Assembly (NCBI GenBank): GCA_965216875.1
Contig: OZ244207.1
Coordinates: 6,688,001 to 6,752,000, forward strand
Source: Rubripirellula sp.
Lineage (GTDB): Bacteria > Planctomycetota > Planctomycetia > Pirellulales > Pirellulaceae
Reading direction: 5' to 3'
Length of the DNA stretch: 64,000 nt
Shown: piece by piece, positions 38,313-50,100 of the stretch
Numbering within the stretch: position 1 is the first letter of the stretch
How the letters are laid out: every line of letters starts with the position of its first letter
Made by a program: the position numbers and the translations under genes
Notes under the pieces: generated by a model
The model's database searches: none
Seen by the model: only the letters and a program-made list of their open reading frames with translations
Told to the model about the DNA's origin: nothing

Positions 38313-41078
38313 TTGGCAGACGACAACGACATCAACCAAGACGGGACCAATCCAGGCGGCGGTGGCGACGATGGAGGTGACGACGCGACGCGTCTGATCG
38401 ACCTGCCAATCGAAGACGAGTTGCGAGACAGCTATCTGACCTATGCGATGAGCGTGATCGTCAGTCGTGCTCTGCCGGATGTCCGTGATGGCTTGAAACC
38501 ATCGCAGCGACGCATCTTGGTTGCAATGAATGACCTGAGTCTCGGCCCGGGCAGCAAACGCGTTAAATGCGCGAAAATCTCAGGGGACACTTCGGGTAAC
38601 TATCACCCTCACGGTGAAAGTGTGATTTACCCGACGCTCGTTCGTATGGCGCAAGAATGGAACATGCGCCGCTTGCTGATCGACAAGCAAGGTAACTTTG
38701 GCAGTATCGCTGGTTTGCCACCGGCTGCGATGCGATACACCGAAGCACGGCTAAGCGCAGTGTCGGCTTCGATGCTTGACGACATCAAGCTCGACACGGT
38801 TGACTTCATTCCGACGTACGACGAAGCGCGTACCGAACCAACGGTCTTGCCAAGCAAGTTTCCAAACCTGTTGGTCAACGGTTCGGGCGGGATTGCGGTC
38901 GGGATGGCAACAAGTATCCCGCCTCACAACCCGACTGAAATCTGTGATGCGTTGATCAAGCTGATCGACGAACCGGAAACCACAACCGAACAACTCTTCG
39001 ATATCGTTCCCGGTCCTGACTTCCCAACCGGCGGCATCATTTGCGGACGGGCTGGAATTCGCCGTGGCTATTTGACTGGCCGAAGCACGATTGTGTTGCG
39101 AGCCAAGTGCGCGATCGAAGACATGCCAGGCAATCGCTCGCGGATCATCGTTAGCGAAATCCCCTACCAGCAAACGCGCGACGGTGTGGTCAAAAAGATC
39201 GCCGAGCTGGTCAATGGCGACCGAATCAAAGGTATCTCGGGGATTCGCGACGAGAGCGACTTGAAGGAACCGGTTCGTTTGGTGATCGAACTCAAGCGAA
39301 GCGAAGACCCGCACGTCATTCTGAACCAGCTCTACCAGTTCTCGCCGCTGCAAACGACCTTCTCCATCATCTTCTTGGCACTCGTTGACGGAAAACCGCG
39401 CGAGTTGACGCTCAAAGAGATGTTGATGGAGTTCATCCGTCATCGCGTCACGGTCATTCGTCGCCGCACGCAGTTCTTGCTCAACCGTGCACGGCGACGC
39501 AAGCACACGGTCGAAGGTTTGCTGCTTGCACTGGCCGACATCGATGAAATCATTCAAACGATTCGCGAAAGTCGCACGTCGCAAGAAGCGAAGCAACGCT
39601 TGATGGGGATCGAGTGCCCATCATCGATGATGCAGCGAGCACTTGGCGACGAAGGTTTCCAGCAATTCGTGCTTGAGCGAGGCGAATCGGATACGTACAC
39701 CCTGACGAGTGTCCAGTCGGACGAAATCTTGAAGATGCGTTTGAGCCAGTTGGTTGGTCTCGAGCAAGAAAAGCTTTCGAACGAACACCGCGAGTTGTTG
39801 GCAGAAATCGCCGACTATCTCGACATCCTGGCTGACCAGGCTCGAATCTACTCCATCATCAAGGAAGACCTCGAAGAGGTTAAGCGTCGTTTTGGTGACA
39901 AGCGTCGCACTGAAATCAGCTTCGAAGAAGTCGGCAACATCGACCTCGAAGACCTGATCACCGAAGAAACGATGGTCGTTTCGATCAGCCACCAAGGCTA
40001 CATCAAGCGAACCGCGTCGAGCGTTTACAACACCCAGCGCCGCGGCGGCAAGGGACTCAAGGGCGCCAAGACGGACGAAGAGGATCCGATCGAACACCTC
40101 TTTGTTGCCAGCACGCACGCCTACCTGTTGTTCTTGACGACCGCAGGTAAAGTGCATTGGCAAAAGGTTTACGATTTGCCTCAGTTGCCGCGTGACAGCA
40201 AGGGACGCGCGATCGTCAACTTGTTGAACCTTGGCGAAGACGAAAAGATCGCTGAGTGTTTGGCGATTCGCGACTTCGACCAAGAAGGCCACTACGTCGT
40301 GATGGCGACGCGCAGCGGCTTGGTCAAGAAAACGCCACTCGAGCAGTACAGCCGTCCAAAGAAAGGCGGCATCATTGCGATCAAGTTGCGTGAAGGTGAT
40401 GAGCTTGTCGATGCCGCAATGGTCGGTCCTGGTGACGAAGTGATTCTGGTCACGGCAGCCGGTATGGCAATTCGATTCCGCGAATCTGATTCGCGACCGA
40501 TGGGTCGAAACACGTCGGGCGTGAAAGGCATCAGCCTGGTCGGTGACGATCGTGTTGTCGGAATGGTTGTCGCTCAGCCCGGCGCGACGCTGCTCACGAT
40601 TTGCGAAAACGGTTACGGCAAGCGAACGCCCTTCGGTCCCAATGCAATCGAAGGCGATGCCGAGGCAGGAGAAGACGAAGGCTCGTCGAGCGCTCGGTAC
40701 CGAACACAAAACCGTGGCGGCAAAGGTCTTCGCGACATCCGCACAAGCGAGCGAAACGGCCAAGTCGTTGGCATCGCACGCGTCACCGATGACGACGAAA
40801 TTTTCATGATGACCGCGAAGGGAAAGATCCAGCGAATCGCCGCTGGTGACATTTCGGTGATCGGTCGAAACACCCAAGGCGTTCGCATCATGAACGTCGA
40901 TGAGGGTGACAGCGTCGTCGCAGTCGTCCGCGTTCCCCCTGAAGAGGCTTCCGAGGAAGAAGCTGTCACCGTCGATGCCACCGCCGTCGCGCCAGCCGGC
41001 GAATCCGCTTCGGATGCCGCTGCCGAGCCGCAGGCCGAAGGGGATGCAGACGCCGACAGCGAAACAACCGACGAGTAG
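38313..41078 (+). CDS. gyrA: DNA gyrase subunit A
   Basis: [31 protein letters not shown], GyrA-box QRRGGKG, beta-pinwheel repeats, acidic tail. Confidence 0.98.
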   Translation: MADDNDINQDGTNPGGGGDDGGDDATRLIDLPIEDELRDSYLTYAMSVIVSRALPDVRDGLKPSQRRILVAMNDLSLGPGSKRVKCAKISGDTSGNYHPHGESVIYPTLVRMAQEWNMRRLLIDKQGNFGSIAGLPPAAMRYTEARLSAVSASMLDDIKLDTVDFIPTYDEARTEPTVLPSKFPNLLVNGSGGIAVGMATSIPPHNPTEICDALIKLIDEPETTTEQLFDIVPGPDFPTGGIICGRAGIRRGYLTGRSTIVLRAKCAIEDMPGNRSRIIVSEIPYQQTRDGVVKKIAELVNGDRIKGISGIRDESDLKEPVRLVIELKRSEDPHVILNQLYQFSPLQTTFSIIFLALVDGKPRELTLKEMLMEFIRHRVTVIRRRTQFLLNRARRRKHTVEGLLLALADIDEIIQTIRESRTSQEAKQRLMGIECPSSMMQRALGDEGFQQFVLERGESDTYTLTSVQSDEILKMRLSQLVGLEQEKLSNEHRELLAEIADYLDILADQARIYSIIKEDLEEVKRRFGDKRRTEISFEEVGNIDLEDLITEETMVVSISHQGYIKRTASSVYNTQRRGGKGLKGAKTDEEDPIEHLFVASTHAYLLFLTTAGKVHWQKVYDLPQLPRDSKGRAIVNLLNLGEDEKIAECLAIRDFDQEGHYVVMATRSGLVKKTPLEQYSRPKKGGIIAIKLREGDELVDAAMVGPGDEVILVTAAGMAIRFRESDSRPMGRNTSGVKGISLVGDDRVVGMVVAQPGATLLTICENGYGKRTPFGPNAIEGDAEAGEDEGSSSARYRTQNRGGKGLRDIRTSERNGQVVGIARVTDDDEIFMMTAKGKIQRIAAGDISVIGRNTQGVRIMNVDEGDSVVAVVRVPPEEASEEEAVTVDATAVAPAGESASDAAAEPQAEGDADADSETTDE

Positions 41079-41101
41079 TCGCAAAGCGGTCGTAGCATTT
41101 T

Positions 41102-41122
41102 GTAGGTCATGCTGTGCATGAC
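41102..41122 (+). repeat. REP GTAGGTCATGCTGTGCATGAC
   Basis: Identical to 52904 and 52982; inverse variants at 35427, 37458 and 53057. Confidence 0.88.
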
Positions 41123-41171
41123 ACCTGCAGAAAGTCCCACGGGGCATGGCCTTTCGTGCGATCCTCGGATT

Positions 41172-41200
41172 GCCACAAAAAACACGAAAAGGCACAAAAA
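41172..41200 (+). repeat. GCCAC-A-rich repeat; inverted partner at 42428-42456
   Basis: GCCACAAAAAACACGAAAAGGCACAAAAA versus reverse complement GCCACGAAAAGCACAACAGGGCACGAAAA. Confidence 0.6.
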
Positions 41201-41306
41201 GCGTGTTCAGACGCCTGCATGGTTTGGTGGCTTTCCGCGAAGTGCTTCGTTGCTTTGGAGGAGGGTGCGGGGTGCGCGGTTGCCGACCGCGATACGCGAT
41301 CCAAGA

Positions 41307-41654
41307 TCAGTCTTTTTGTGGCGTCGACTTGGCGTCTGTTCGAGCGCCCAGTTTTCCCCATAGACCGCATTTAGATTCGTTCTGCTCGGAATTAACAGGC
41401 TCGGTCAGAAACTTGACTTCGCCACTTTCCATTAAGACGTGTGCCCCACCTCGATGCCTTGGGAACTCGTCAAGTTTCTTGACCTGGGGCGAATCAGAAA
41501 AGAGCATGGTGAGTGCGGCGGCTGTTAGCACGCAAGCGAGACCAAAGCCCACAATCCATGTGACGGGTGAGCGGAGGATTCCGCGCTTGGCCCCGGGCGC
41601 AGTTTCAGCGGGCGTCGAATAGGGATCCGCGATTCGGTTATCGTTGGAGTGCAT
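41307..41654 (-). CDS. Small membrane protein carrying a DUF1559-type H-X9-DG-like C-terminal motif
   Basis: DPYSTP, one TM helix, then RHRGGAHVLMESGEVKFL..GLWGKLGAR. Confidence 0.7.
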   Translation of the reverse strand: MHSNDNRIADPYSTPAETAPGAKRGILRSPVTWIVGFGLACVLTAAALTMLFSDSPQVKKLDEFPRHRGGAHVLMESGEVKFLTEPVNSEQNESKCGLWGKLGARTDAKSTPQKD

Positions 41655-41736
41655 AGCGCGGGCCTCGGAATGGAAAGTTCTTTGGCGGCAGGTCGCGGCG
41701 GGCTCTAGTGACCGCAGGTGTGATGCAGTTGATGTG

Positions 41737-42408
41737 ATGAAATCGACGACTCAAGTTTTGCGCCGTGTTTCAATGTTCGCCTTGACGGTGATCGTTTTGT
41801 TTATCGGAAGTCGTATCATGCTTCCGTTTTCATTGTACCTGCCGCCCCGTTTTGACGCCGGCTTCCTGGAAAGCAAACGCGAGTTCTTCTACTCGAGCGG
41901 CTATTTTGTTGGCTTCTACGCGCACATCCTTGCATCGCCCATTGCGTTGGTGTGTGGACTGGCTCAAACGAGCCAAACGGTACGCGAGGTATTTCCACAG
42001 TTTCACCGCGCCGTTGGTCGTGTCTACGTAACGCTTGTATTGGTGTTCGCAGCACCGGGTGGCTTGGTGATGTCAACGGTCGCTGGAGGTGGCTGGTCCG
42101 GGAAAGTCTGCTTTTCGGTGATCAGTCTTCTCACTTGGGGGTTCACGTTCGTTGGCTGGCGTCATGCAAGGGCGAAACGGTATGCCCGGCACGGTCGCTG
42201 GATGATTCGAAGCTATGTCATGATGTGCTCCGCAGTTCTGCTGCGCATCAATCATGTTTTGCTGGAGCCGACCTCACTCGATGCTCAATTGAAATACCAG
42301 TTGTCGGCTTGGCTGAGTTTTGTTCCGAGTATGATTCTGGTTGAGTTTTTGCTAGGTCGCAAAGTGATCCTAGGACTACCGCCAAAAGCACAAAAAGGAA
42401 AAAGCTGA
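41737..42408 (+). CDS. DUF2306 family membrane protein
   Basis: FYAHI, HRAVGRVY, HGRWMIRSY; multiple TM helices. Confidence 0.85.
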   Translation: MKSTTQVLRRVSMFALTVIVLFIGSRIMLPFSLYLPPRFDAGFLESKREFFYSSGYFVGFYAHILASPIALVCGLAQTSQTVREVFPQFHRAVGRVYVTLVLVFAAPGGLVMSTVAGGGWSGKVCFSVISLLTWGFTFVGWRHARAKRYARHGRWMIRSYVMMCSAVLLRINHVLLEPTSLDAQLKYQLSAWLSFVPSMILVEFLLGRKVILGLPPKAQKGKS

Positions 42409-42465
42409 ACGGGATCCCACCTGCTGCTTTTCGTGCCCTGTTGTGCTTTTCGTGGCTACGTCTAC

Positions 42466-44124
42466 CTATCTCCAAAAGTAGTGCCAGTTCACGGTGACCG
42501 ACTTTGATTCGCCCGCTGCGAGTTCGACTTGCCAGCGACCTGATTGGATCGGGTTGAGGTAGTTCCACCAGTACGGCCAATTGTAGGCGTACCACCAGCT
42601 CGGTCGGTACTTCAATCGTTCGTGGAACATCGGGGTGACAGCTTCGCCACCTTTGGAGACTTCGTCCACTTCGCCCAAAACACGCCGGACCACTTCGATC
42701 TTGAGAGGTTTGTCGCGGTAGTTGGTCAGGTGCACCGAGCTGGCCACGTCGACTCGATAGTAGTCTTCACCGTTGTGGCGGATCGCTTTCGCCGTTCGGC
42801 CAGTTGCGTTGTCTTCCTGGCGAACTTGAATGTCGACCGCCGCGGTGACTTCCAGGTCGACCCGACCGCCGATGGCGGTGTAGGTCATCATCGACTGAGC
42901 CAGCACCATTCCTTTGGCTTCATCGAAGAGGATCGCGGGCCCGGTCGTCAGAGGTGCGTCGGTCTTGTTGGAGAGTCGTACGTAGCGGTGAACCTTGGGG
43001 CGATTCATCAACCGCATGAGTTCGTGGGCGCGAACGTTGCTGTATTGCTGGAATTCCGTCGGCGGGATCGAGTCGACCTCGAGTTTGTAGATTTCTTCAA
43101 ATGGAACGGTCCACGTACCGAGGGTGTGAATCTGACGCTCGCCCGACTTCATCGTGACGCTAGGAAGGTGGAAAAGGGACAGTTCGCCAGGATTGCTCGG
43201 ATCTTGTTCGATCTCGTCCATCTCGCTCGGCTGTGCCACTTGTCGTCCGCGGTGATCGCCCATACGCGAAACCTGGGTCATCATCGAATTGGACATCCCG
43301 TAGGCGGTTTGGGTTGCTTCTTGAAAGAACCCCGAGAGTTGGACTTGATTGGATTCTCGATCGAGTCCTGCGATGGGATCGAACGTGTGTTTGAACTGAA
43401 ACGATGGGACGCCAACGACAAGGTTTACTGAGGTGTTTTCCAGATCGATCATCTCATTGATCAAAGTCGCTTGCAGCGAGACCTTCGCGTTGCCGTCGGC
43501 ACCGAGCGAAACTTTGTAGCTGGGGATCCAACGAATTCCCTTTTGCAAATAAGTCATCCCAATGCGCGCTTGCGGCTTCTGGTTGCCGTCCCAGTCAAGA
43601 CGCATTTCAAGAACCGTTTTTTGAGTTTTGCTGACGCCCAGTTCGTCGCTGGGTCGTTCGTCGAAGGCGATGTCGGTGACCTTCTCGATCAATAGCAGTC
43701 GGAATCCCTCGTCGGTTTGGAGCATGACCGTGGTGTCGGTCACTCGAGCGATTTCGCCGAGAATGGTTTCCTCGTCGATCGTGACGCGCACCCGCTTTCC
43801 AACGTTCGCTTGAATGTATTCGGCGTGGCTGGCCGCGCGCTTGGTTGACTCGGTTGTGCGTTTAGCAAGTGCGATGCTTTTCATCGCCGCGCCCGGCTCG
43901 TCGCAATAGGCCCAGAACGTTCCCATCACCGGACGTGGCAGGTTGTCGATCGAGACCGATCCGTCATCGCTGGTTTTGGCCAGGCCATGGCGTAGCAGCA
44001 TCGCGTGGCCATCTTTGAAGACCGTCACTTCACGAACCGGCAACGCAGGTGCAGAATCATCGGCGCTAGTGTGCCCGCTGACGAATCCAACGCAGAGTCC
44101 AAGCAGTAGAAAAACACGAAGCAT
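42466..44124 (-). CDS. Secreted DUF4139-like protein
   Basis: Signal peptide, VTVFKDGHA, YLQKGIRWIPSY, LSNKT..PL..GP. Confidence 0.75.
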   Translation of the reverse strand: MLRVFLLLGLCVGFVSGHTSADDSAPALPVREVTVFKDGHAMLLRHGLAKTSDDGSVSIDNLPRPVMGTFWAYCDEPGAAMKSIALAKRTTESTKRAASHAEYIQANVGKRVRVTIDEETILGEIARVTDTTVMLQTDEGFRLLLIEKVTDIAFDERPSDELGVSKTQKTVLEMRLDWDGNQKPQARIGMTYLQKGIRWIPSYKVSLGADGNAKVSLQATLINEMIDLENTSVNLVVGVPSFQFKHTFDPIAGLDRESNQVQLSGFFQEATQTAYGMSNSMMTQVSRMGDHRGRQVAQPSEMDEIEQDPSNPGELSLFHLPSVTMKSGERQIHTLGTWTVPFEEIYKLEVDSIPPTEFQQYSNVRAHELMRLMNRPKVHRYVRLSNKTDAPLTTGPAILFDEAKGMVLAQSMMTYTAIGGRVDLEVTAAVDIQVRQEDNATGRTAKAIRHNGEDYYRVDVASSVHLTNYRDKPLKIEVVRRVLGEVDEVSKGGEAVTPMFHERLKYRPSWWYAYNWPYWWNYLNPIQSGRWQVELAAGESKSVTVNWHYFWR

Positions 44125-44236
44125 TGCGCATCCTTTTCAAGTAAGAGAAGCAATGCTCTCTATTTAAGCGGAGGTCCAGTAAGGACGGCGCAACGTGTTT
44201 GTAACAAGGTTCCGCGGTGAGGCCTTGGTTCTATCT

Positions 44237-44413
44237 GTGAGCCGAACGCGCTAGCGTCGGGCCCTTGAGAGGGCTGTGTAGGCCGGATCAAGGAGCGACA
44301 GCGACGCGGATCCGGCACGATCGAAACTCACGCCGTGTCGGATTATTGACCAATCGAATCGGAGTGCCCTCCCCGGGCTTTAGCGCCCGACCCTCCCGCA
44401 AGCAGGAGGGTGA
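44237..44413 (+). repeat. Composite REP site (three families)
   Basis: GTGAGCCGAACGCG REP 44237-44264; GTAGGCCGGATC..ATCCGGCA 44278-44317; CCCTCCCCGG..GGAGGGTGA 44367-44413. Confidence 0.85.
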
Positions 44414-44429
44414 TGTCTTACCGATGCTC

Positions 44430-44469
44430 AAAAAAAAACGGGCGTCGACAAGAAAGTCGACGCCCGTTT
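44430..44469 (-). terminator. Rho-independent terminator of gap
   Basis: 14-bp perfect stem AAACGGGCGTCGAC / GTCGACGCCCGTTT, 6-nt loop, T-run on the minus strand, 30 nt after the stop. Confidence 0.92.
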
Positions 44470-44498
44470 GCGTTTTAGCGATTTAGCTTTCAGCGGGA

Positions 44499-45527
<1,029 letters not shown>

Positions 45528-45667
45528 TCAGATTTTGTTTGTCAGCGGCACGCTGGCTCGGCTAGCGAGGGTGGCAAGGAGCCTTCGTTGTTGTGCCTGA
45601 AACGCTTGTGCGAACACTCCATTACCCATCGCATTCGCGACGCGGATTATAGGGATCGAAACCGAAA

Positions 45668-46504
45668 TTGAACCAGCCCCCGAAACTTGACGCACCTGCG
45701 CAGTGGCGTCGTCCGCCCGGCGTCGCCCCCGGAACTTGGGACTATGTCAACCAGCGGGCAATCGCGGACCGTTACGACGCGTTTGTGGCGGATACTCCGC
45801 TATGTCGCCTGGATGAATCGATCCTTCACAAGCATTTCCCCAGCGTGGGGTCCGAAACAGACTGCGCGGTGATCGATCTCGGATGCGGCAGTGGCCGCGC
45901 CGCTTTGCCACTTTCCCGCCGTGGCTACCAAGTCGTCGGGGTCGATCTGAGCCCCGCGATGTTGAGTGTGATGCGAGACAAATTGATCGAAACCGAAGCC
46001 GGTTCAACGCATGATTCTGGGCATCGCGGTGCCGTCCACGCCGTCCAAGCCAGCATTGTCGATCTCGATTGCTTTGGCGACCAATCAATCGATCACGCGG
46101 TTTGTTTGTTCGCAACGATTGGAATGGTGCAAGGTCGCAAGCATCGTCGTCAAATGCTCACCCACGTGCGTCGCATCGTCAAACCGGGCGGCAAGTTTGT
46201 GCTGCACGCTCATAACATCATGGCTTCGCTGCACGAACCGGGTGGCAAGAGGGCGGCGCTCAAGTCGTTGGTCAAGTCGCTCGCCAGCAGCGAGCATGAC
46301 TTCGGCGACGCCTACTATGCGTACCGCGGACTCGAGAACATGTTCATGCACCGGTTCACGCAAAGTGAGTTGAAACGCGACCTAAGCGAGTCGGGTTGGC
46401 AGATTGACCAGTGGAACCTTGTGTCGCCCGATGGCTCGTCGCTTATTTCGTCGGCAGGAGTGTTGGGGTCGAAAGCAGGTGGTTTTATCGTCGTTGCATC
46501 GTAG
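45668..46504 (+). CDS. Class I SAM-dependent methyltransferase
   Basis: VIDLGCGSGR, GVDLS and KPGGKF motifs. Confidence 0.9.
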   Translation: MNQPPKLDAPAQWRRPPGVAPGTWDYVNQRAIADRYDAFVADTPLCRLDESILHKHFPSVGSETDCAVIDLGCGSGRAALPLSRRGYQVVGVDLSPAMLSVMRDKLIETEAGSTHDSGHRGAVHAVQASIVDLDCFGDQSIDHAVCLFATIGMVQGRKHRRQMLTHVRRIVKPGGKFVLHAHNIMASLHEPGGKRAALKSLVKSLASSEHDFGDAYYAYRGLENMFMHRFTQSELKRDLSESGWQIDQWNLVSPDGSSLISSAGVLGSKAGGFIVVAS

Positions 46505-46644
46505 AGAGCCGAGCGCGTTTTCAGCCCGTATCTACCTTCGCCAGAAGGTGGTTCCTGTTGGTGGGCCGCTTTCCACGATCACCACGCTCTGGCGAGCGTA
46601 GCTACGTTGAGCGTGGGGCCCGATGCTAGCGCATTCGGCTCACG
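46504..46644. repeat. Nested REP doublets (GTAGCTAC pair inside a GTGAGCCG pair)
   Basis: Truncated GAGAGCCGAGCGCG at 46504; GTAGCTAC-family pair 46527-46606; inverse GTGAGCCG REP 46616-46644. Confidence 0.8.
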
Positions 46645-49059
46645 TTAGAAGAGCTTCGATGCGATTCCGGACTGGTCGACTTGCCATGGCATCCAAACGA
46701 TCATGGGAGTTTCGACTTTTAGGTCGCTCTTGCGAGGTGGGATCTCGGTGGCTTCGAGTTCGATGTCATCGAGGTTGTATTCTTCGGCAAGGGCATCGAG
46801 GTCTTCTTCGAGAGCTTCTTCGAGTTCTTTCAAGTCTTCGCCGAGCATTTGGAGCGCTTCTTCGGCGCGTTTCACATCACTTCCCTGTTGGCTCGCATAA
46901 CTGACGCCTCGAGCGACGGTCGACATTTTGGTGCGGCGACCACCGAGGAACCCGCCGAGCAGTGCGCCGACGATTTTCGAACCGGCCGAAATCATCGAGG
47001 TGCGGCTTTGCCCTTTTTCTCGATCAACACGTGCTTCGGCAGTTTGGATCTTCTTTTCGAGCGATCGCACTTTCGATTCGTGTTTGTCTCGCAGTTTTTC
47101 AATCTGCTCGTCGCGAGCCTCGCGCAGTTTGTGCTTGAAGTGTGCCTTGGCGTCACTTTCATCACCGTAGGGTGCGTAGCCCTTCACCAATGGCGACTTG
47201 TAAAGCGTTGCACTGCAACTGCGGTAGAGATGATCTTTCAGTTGAGAGCGGTAGGAGCGGAAGTTGCTCTTGCTGCAGAGTTCATCGGGCAGGGACGTGA
47301 ATCCGATGTCTTCTTCTGGTTCTTCAAGCAGGTCGATGTCTTCGCCGAGGGCGGCACTCTGTTCCCAAAGGTCCTCGGGGACGGCGCGGCTGCAATCAAC
47401 GATTTGTTTTGCATCTTTCCAAACATCAAGGTCGGCGGTGGCCCGAATGAAATGCATCGACGCTTCGCCGTAAACAGCGGGGCGATACACAAGCTTGCTC
47501 TCTTTGGATGGTCGCAAGTTGACGGCGATGAACCGCTCCTCGACGCCTGAAGGAACCACGGGACGTTCGAGTTTCTTTTCTTCGGGTGCTTCGATCGGCT
47601 CGCCAGTTTCCGAATCGGTTTGCATTGCCGCTTTGCGATTGGCCATCAGTTTGGTGATCTGCCCGCGCGCAAGCGGGCCGGCAAGGAACGACATCGCCCA
47701 ACGGGTTTGGAAGACCGAGGGAAAGCCATCGTGGACGTTGTTCATCAAGAAGACTCGGTTGCCGAGGCCGGCAAGCACTTCTTCCATGCGGCCGCGATCA
47801 AACTCTTGTCCGGCTTGTCCGGCGGCTCCTTCGAGACCTTCCAGGACGCGCGCCTTGTCGCGTTCTGTTTGCAAACGTCCGAGGAACCACGTGCCGATGT
47901 TCGACAGGCCTTTGTAGTCGAGGTCGACGGGGTTTTGGGTGGCCAGTGTGATTCCCAATCCGAAGGCACGTGCTTGTTTGAGCAGCGTCAACATCGGCGG
48001 TTTCGAGGGCGGGTTGCTGACAGGCGGGAAGTACCCGGCCACTTCGTCCATGTAGAAGAGTGCGCGAAGCGAACTGGTCCCCATCTGTGTCCGCATCCAG
48101 GCAAGCAACTCGTTTAGCAAGATGGTCACGAAGAACATCCGTTCGCTATCGTTGAGATGAGCGATCGAAAGGATCGTGAGCCGCGGTTTTCCTTCGGGGG
48201 TGTAGAGCAGCCGTTTGATCGAAAGTGCTTCGCCCTCAAGCCAAGACGCGAACGCAGGCGAGGCGAGCAAGTTGTTGAGACGCATCGCCAGCTTGCCGCG
48301 ATCGGATGGCGACATGAACGAATCGACGTCAACGACACCAACGCGTTTGATCGGCGGCGATTGAATCAGTCGGATCAATTGGCCGATGCCGACGTTCTTT
48401 CCTTCGCTCCATTGGTGCGACAAGATCGAAGAGAGCAAGATGTGTTCGGGCGAGATCATGGGATCGGCTTCGATCCCCATCAGCGTCAATAGACCAGAGA
48501 CAGCGCCGGTGACTTTGTCGCCAATCAGTTCTTTGTCGTCACGAGCTTCCGGGGGCGGAGCATCGAAGCTCTTTAGGACGGTCAGTGGCAGACCGATGTT
48601 GCTGCCCGGCGTGTAGATGGCGACATCGACGGCGTCTTTGAGTTTTTGGATGCGTTCGGGCGATTCGCCCCAAGAGGCCAAACCGTTCTTCCAGAGTTCG
48701 GCTTTGTCGGCGGCGAGTTGGTCAAGCGTGACGCCTTTGCGTGTTGCCTCGCCCTCTTCGAGCCACGGCTTGAAGTCTTCGGGGCGAAGTTCCGGGAAGG
48801 TGAGCAGCAAGTTGGCCAGGTCCCCTTTGGGGTCGACGCAGATGGCGGGAATCCCATCGATTGCCGCCTCTTCCAAAAGCGAAATGCAGAGCCCCGTTTT
48901 GCCGCTGCCGGTCATGCCGACGCACATCGCGTGAGTGCACAGGTCTTTGGCGTCATACATCAATAAATCGTCGGTCATTTCGCCAAGATCGAGGTCGAAG
49001 TGGCGACCGAGGTAGAACGAAGCGAGCTTTTCGAAGACGGCGGCAGAAGGAGTGGTCAT
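46645..49059 (-). CDS. HerA/FtsK-superfamily ATPase (DUF87/DUF853-like) with C-terminal coiled coil
   Basis: GMTGSGKT, DPKGD, YMDEVAG and LATQNPVD motifs. Confidence 0.88.
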   Translation of the reverse strand: MTTPSAAVFEKLASFYLGRHFDLDLGEMTDDLLMYDAKDLCTHAMCVGMTGSGKTGLCISLLEEAAIDGIPAICVDPKGDLANLLLTFPELRPEDFKPWLEEGEATRKGVTLDQLAADKAELWKNGLASWGESPERIQKLKDAVDVAIYTPGSNIGLPLTVLKSFDAPPPEARDDKELIGDKVTGAVSGLLTLMGIEADPMISPEHILLSSILSHQWSEGKNVGIGQLIRLIQSPPIKRVGVVDVDSFMSPSDRGKLAMRLNNLLASPAFASWLEGEALSIKRLLYTPEGKPRLTILSIAHLNDSERMFFVTILLNELLAWMRTQMGTSSLRALFYMDEVAGYFPPVSNPPSKPPMLTLLKQARAFGLGITLATQNPVDLDYKGLSNIGTWFLGRLQTERDKARVLEGLEGAAGQAGQEFDRGRMEEVLAGLGNRVFLMNNVHDGFPSVFQTRWAMSFLAGPLARGQITKLMANRKAAMQTDSETGEPIEAPEEKKLERPVVPSGVEERFIAVNLRPSKESKLVYRPAVYGEASMHFIRATADLDVWKDAKQIVDCSRAVPEDLWEQSAALGEDIDLLEEPEEDIGFTSLPDELCSKSNFRSYRSQLKDHLYRSCSATLYKSPLVKGYAPYGDESDAKAHFKHKLREARDEQIEKLRDKHESKVRSLEKKIQTAEARVDREKGQSRTSMISAGSKIVGALLGGFLGGRRTKMSTVARGVSYASQQGSDVKRAEEALQMLGEDLKELEEALEEDLDALAEEYNLDDIELEATEIPPRKSDLKVETPMIVWMPWQVDQSGIASKLF

Positions 49060-49250
49060 ATCGCTAGCAGAAAAGAAGGTCGTGTCGTCCGTGCAAACCA
49101 CACAGGCTCGGTACGTTCATGTTTTACACGATCCGCTGTGATCAAGAACATGATCGTCGCGACGAAAGTCGCAGCCACCCTACGAAGCGAGTGATCGCTG
49201 CGCTATGATGTGTCAATTCGACGACGTGCCAGAAAACAATCGAGACACCA

Positions 49251-50096
49251 ATGCTTGAGATCTACGACCAAATCCAGGATGCTTGTGCCAAGATTCGTAG
49301 CGAGTTCGCCGAGACTCCTCGGGTTGGAATCATTCTCGGAACCGGCCTTGGTGGATTGGCCGAGGAAGTTGAGATCGAAGCAGCCATCGACTACGGCGAC
49401 ATCCCGCACTTTCCGGTGTCGACCGCAACAAGTCATCGTGGAAGGTTGGTATGCGGCCGTTTGGCTGGCGTGCCAATCGTGGCCATGGAAGGCCGTTTTC
49501 ATTTGTACGAGGGGTACTCGCTCAAACAAATCACCTTGCCGGTCCGTGTCTTCAAAGAGTTGGGCGCGGACTTGATGGTTGTCAGCAATGCCTGCGGTGG
49601 ATTGAACCCCTACTACAACGGCGGCGACATCATGGTGATCGACGACATCATCAACCTGATGGGCGACAATCCGTTGATCGGCATCAACGACGATCGACTT
49701 GGCCCTCGGTTCCCGGACATGTGTGAACCGTACGATCAGCAATGGATCGATCGCACGATGGAAATCGCGCGGCGCGAAGGCATCGCAACTCACAAAGGCG
49801 TTTTTGTCGCCGTCTCGGGTCCGAACTTGGAAACGCGCGCCGAGTACCGCATGTTGCGAACGATGGGCGCCGATGTGGTTGGCATGAGCACCGTGCCCGA
49901 GACCATCGTGGCCGTTCACTGCGGACTCAAGACGGTTGGGTTGAGTGTCATCACGGACATGTGTTTGCCCGATGCGCTTCAACCAGCCAACGTGGAAGAG
50001 ATCATCGCAACGGCAAACGAGGCTTCGCCAAAGTTGATATCGATCGTCAAAGGCATCGTTGCCGAAGCCGATCAAATTCGTATGGCAAACGCGTGA
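49251..50096 (+). CDS. Purine-nucleoside phosphorylase, trimeric family (copy 1, Asp type)
   Basis: ILGTGLG, GRFHLYEG, SNACGG, GPNLET.AE, GMST, ITDMC. Confidence 0.93.
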   Translation: MLEIYDQIQDACAKIRSEFAETPRVGIILGTGLGGLAEEVEIEAAIDYGDIPHFPVSTATSHRGRLVCGRLAGVPIVAMEGRFHLYEGYSLKQITLPVRVFKELGADLMVVSNACGGLNPYYNGGDIMVIDDIINLMGDNPLIGINDDRLGPRFPDMCEPYDQQWIDRTMEIARREGIATHKGVFVAVSGPNLETRAEYRMLRTMGADVVGMSTVPETIVAVHCGLKTVGLSVITDMCLPDALQPANVEEIIATANEASPKLISIVKGIVAEADQIRMANA

Positions 50097-50100
50097 GTCC

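Noticed and set aside
38313..41078. gyrA without adjacent gyrB, or possible parC
   Set aside because: An intact GyrA-box and acidic tail identify GyrA; unlinked gyrA and gyrB are common.
38751..41195. Long antisense ORFs (281 and 524 aa) opposite gyrA
   Set aside because: These are shadow frames from codon bias with no motifs; the same holds opposite gap (44595-45515), PNP (49203-50231) and the sulfatase (8185-9081).
46645..49059. HerA-like ATPase as an anti-phage or conjugation system
   Set aside because: There is no adjacent nuclease, SIR2 or T4SS gene; it is flanked by housekeeping genes.
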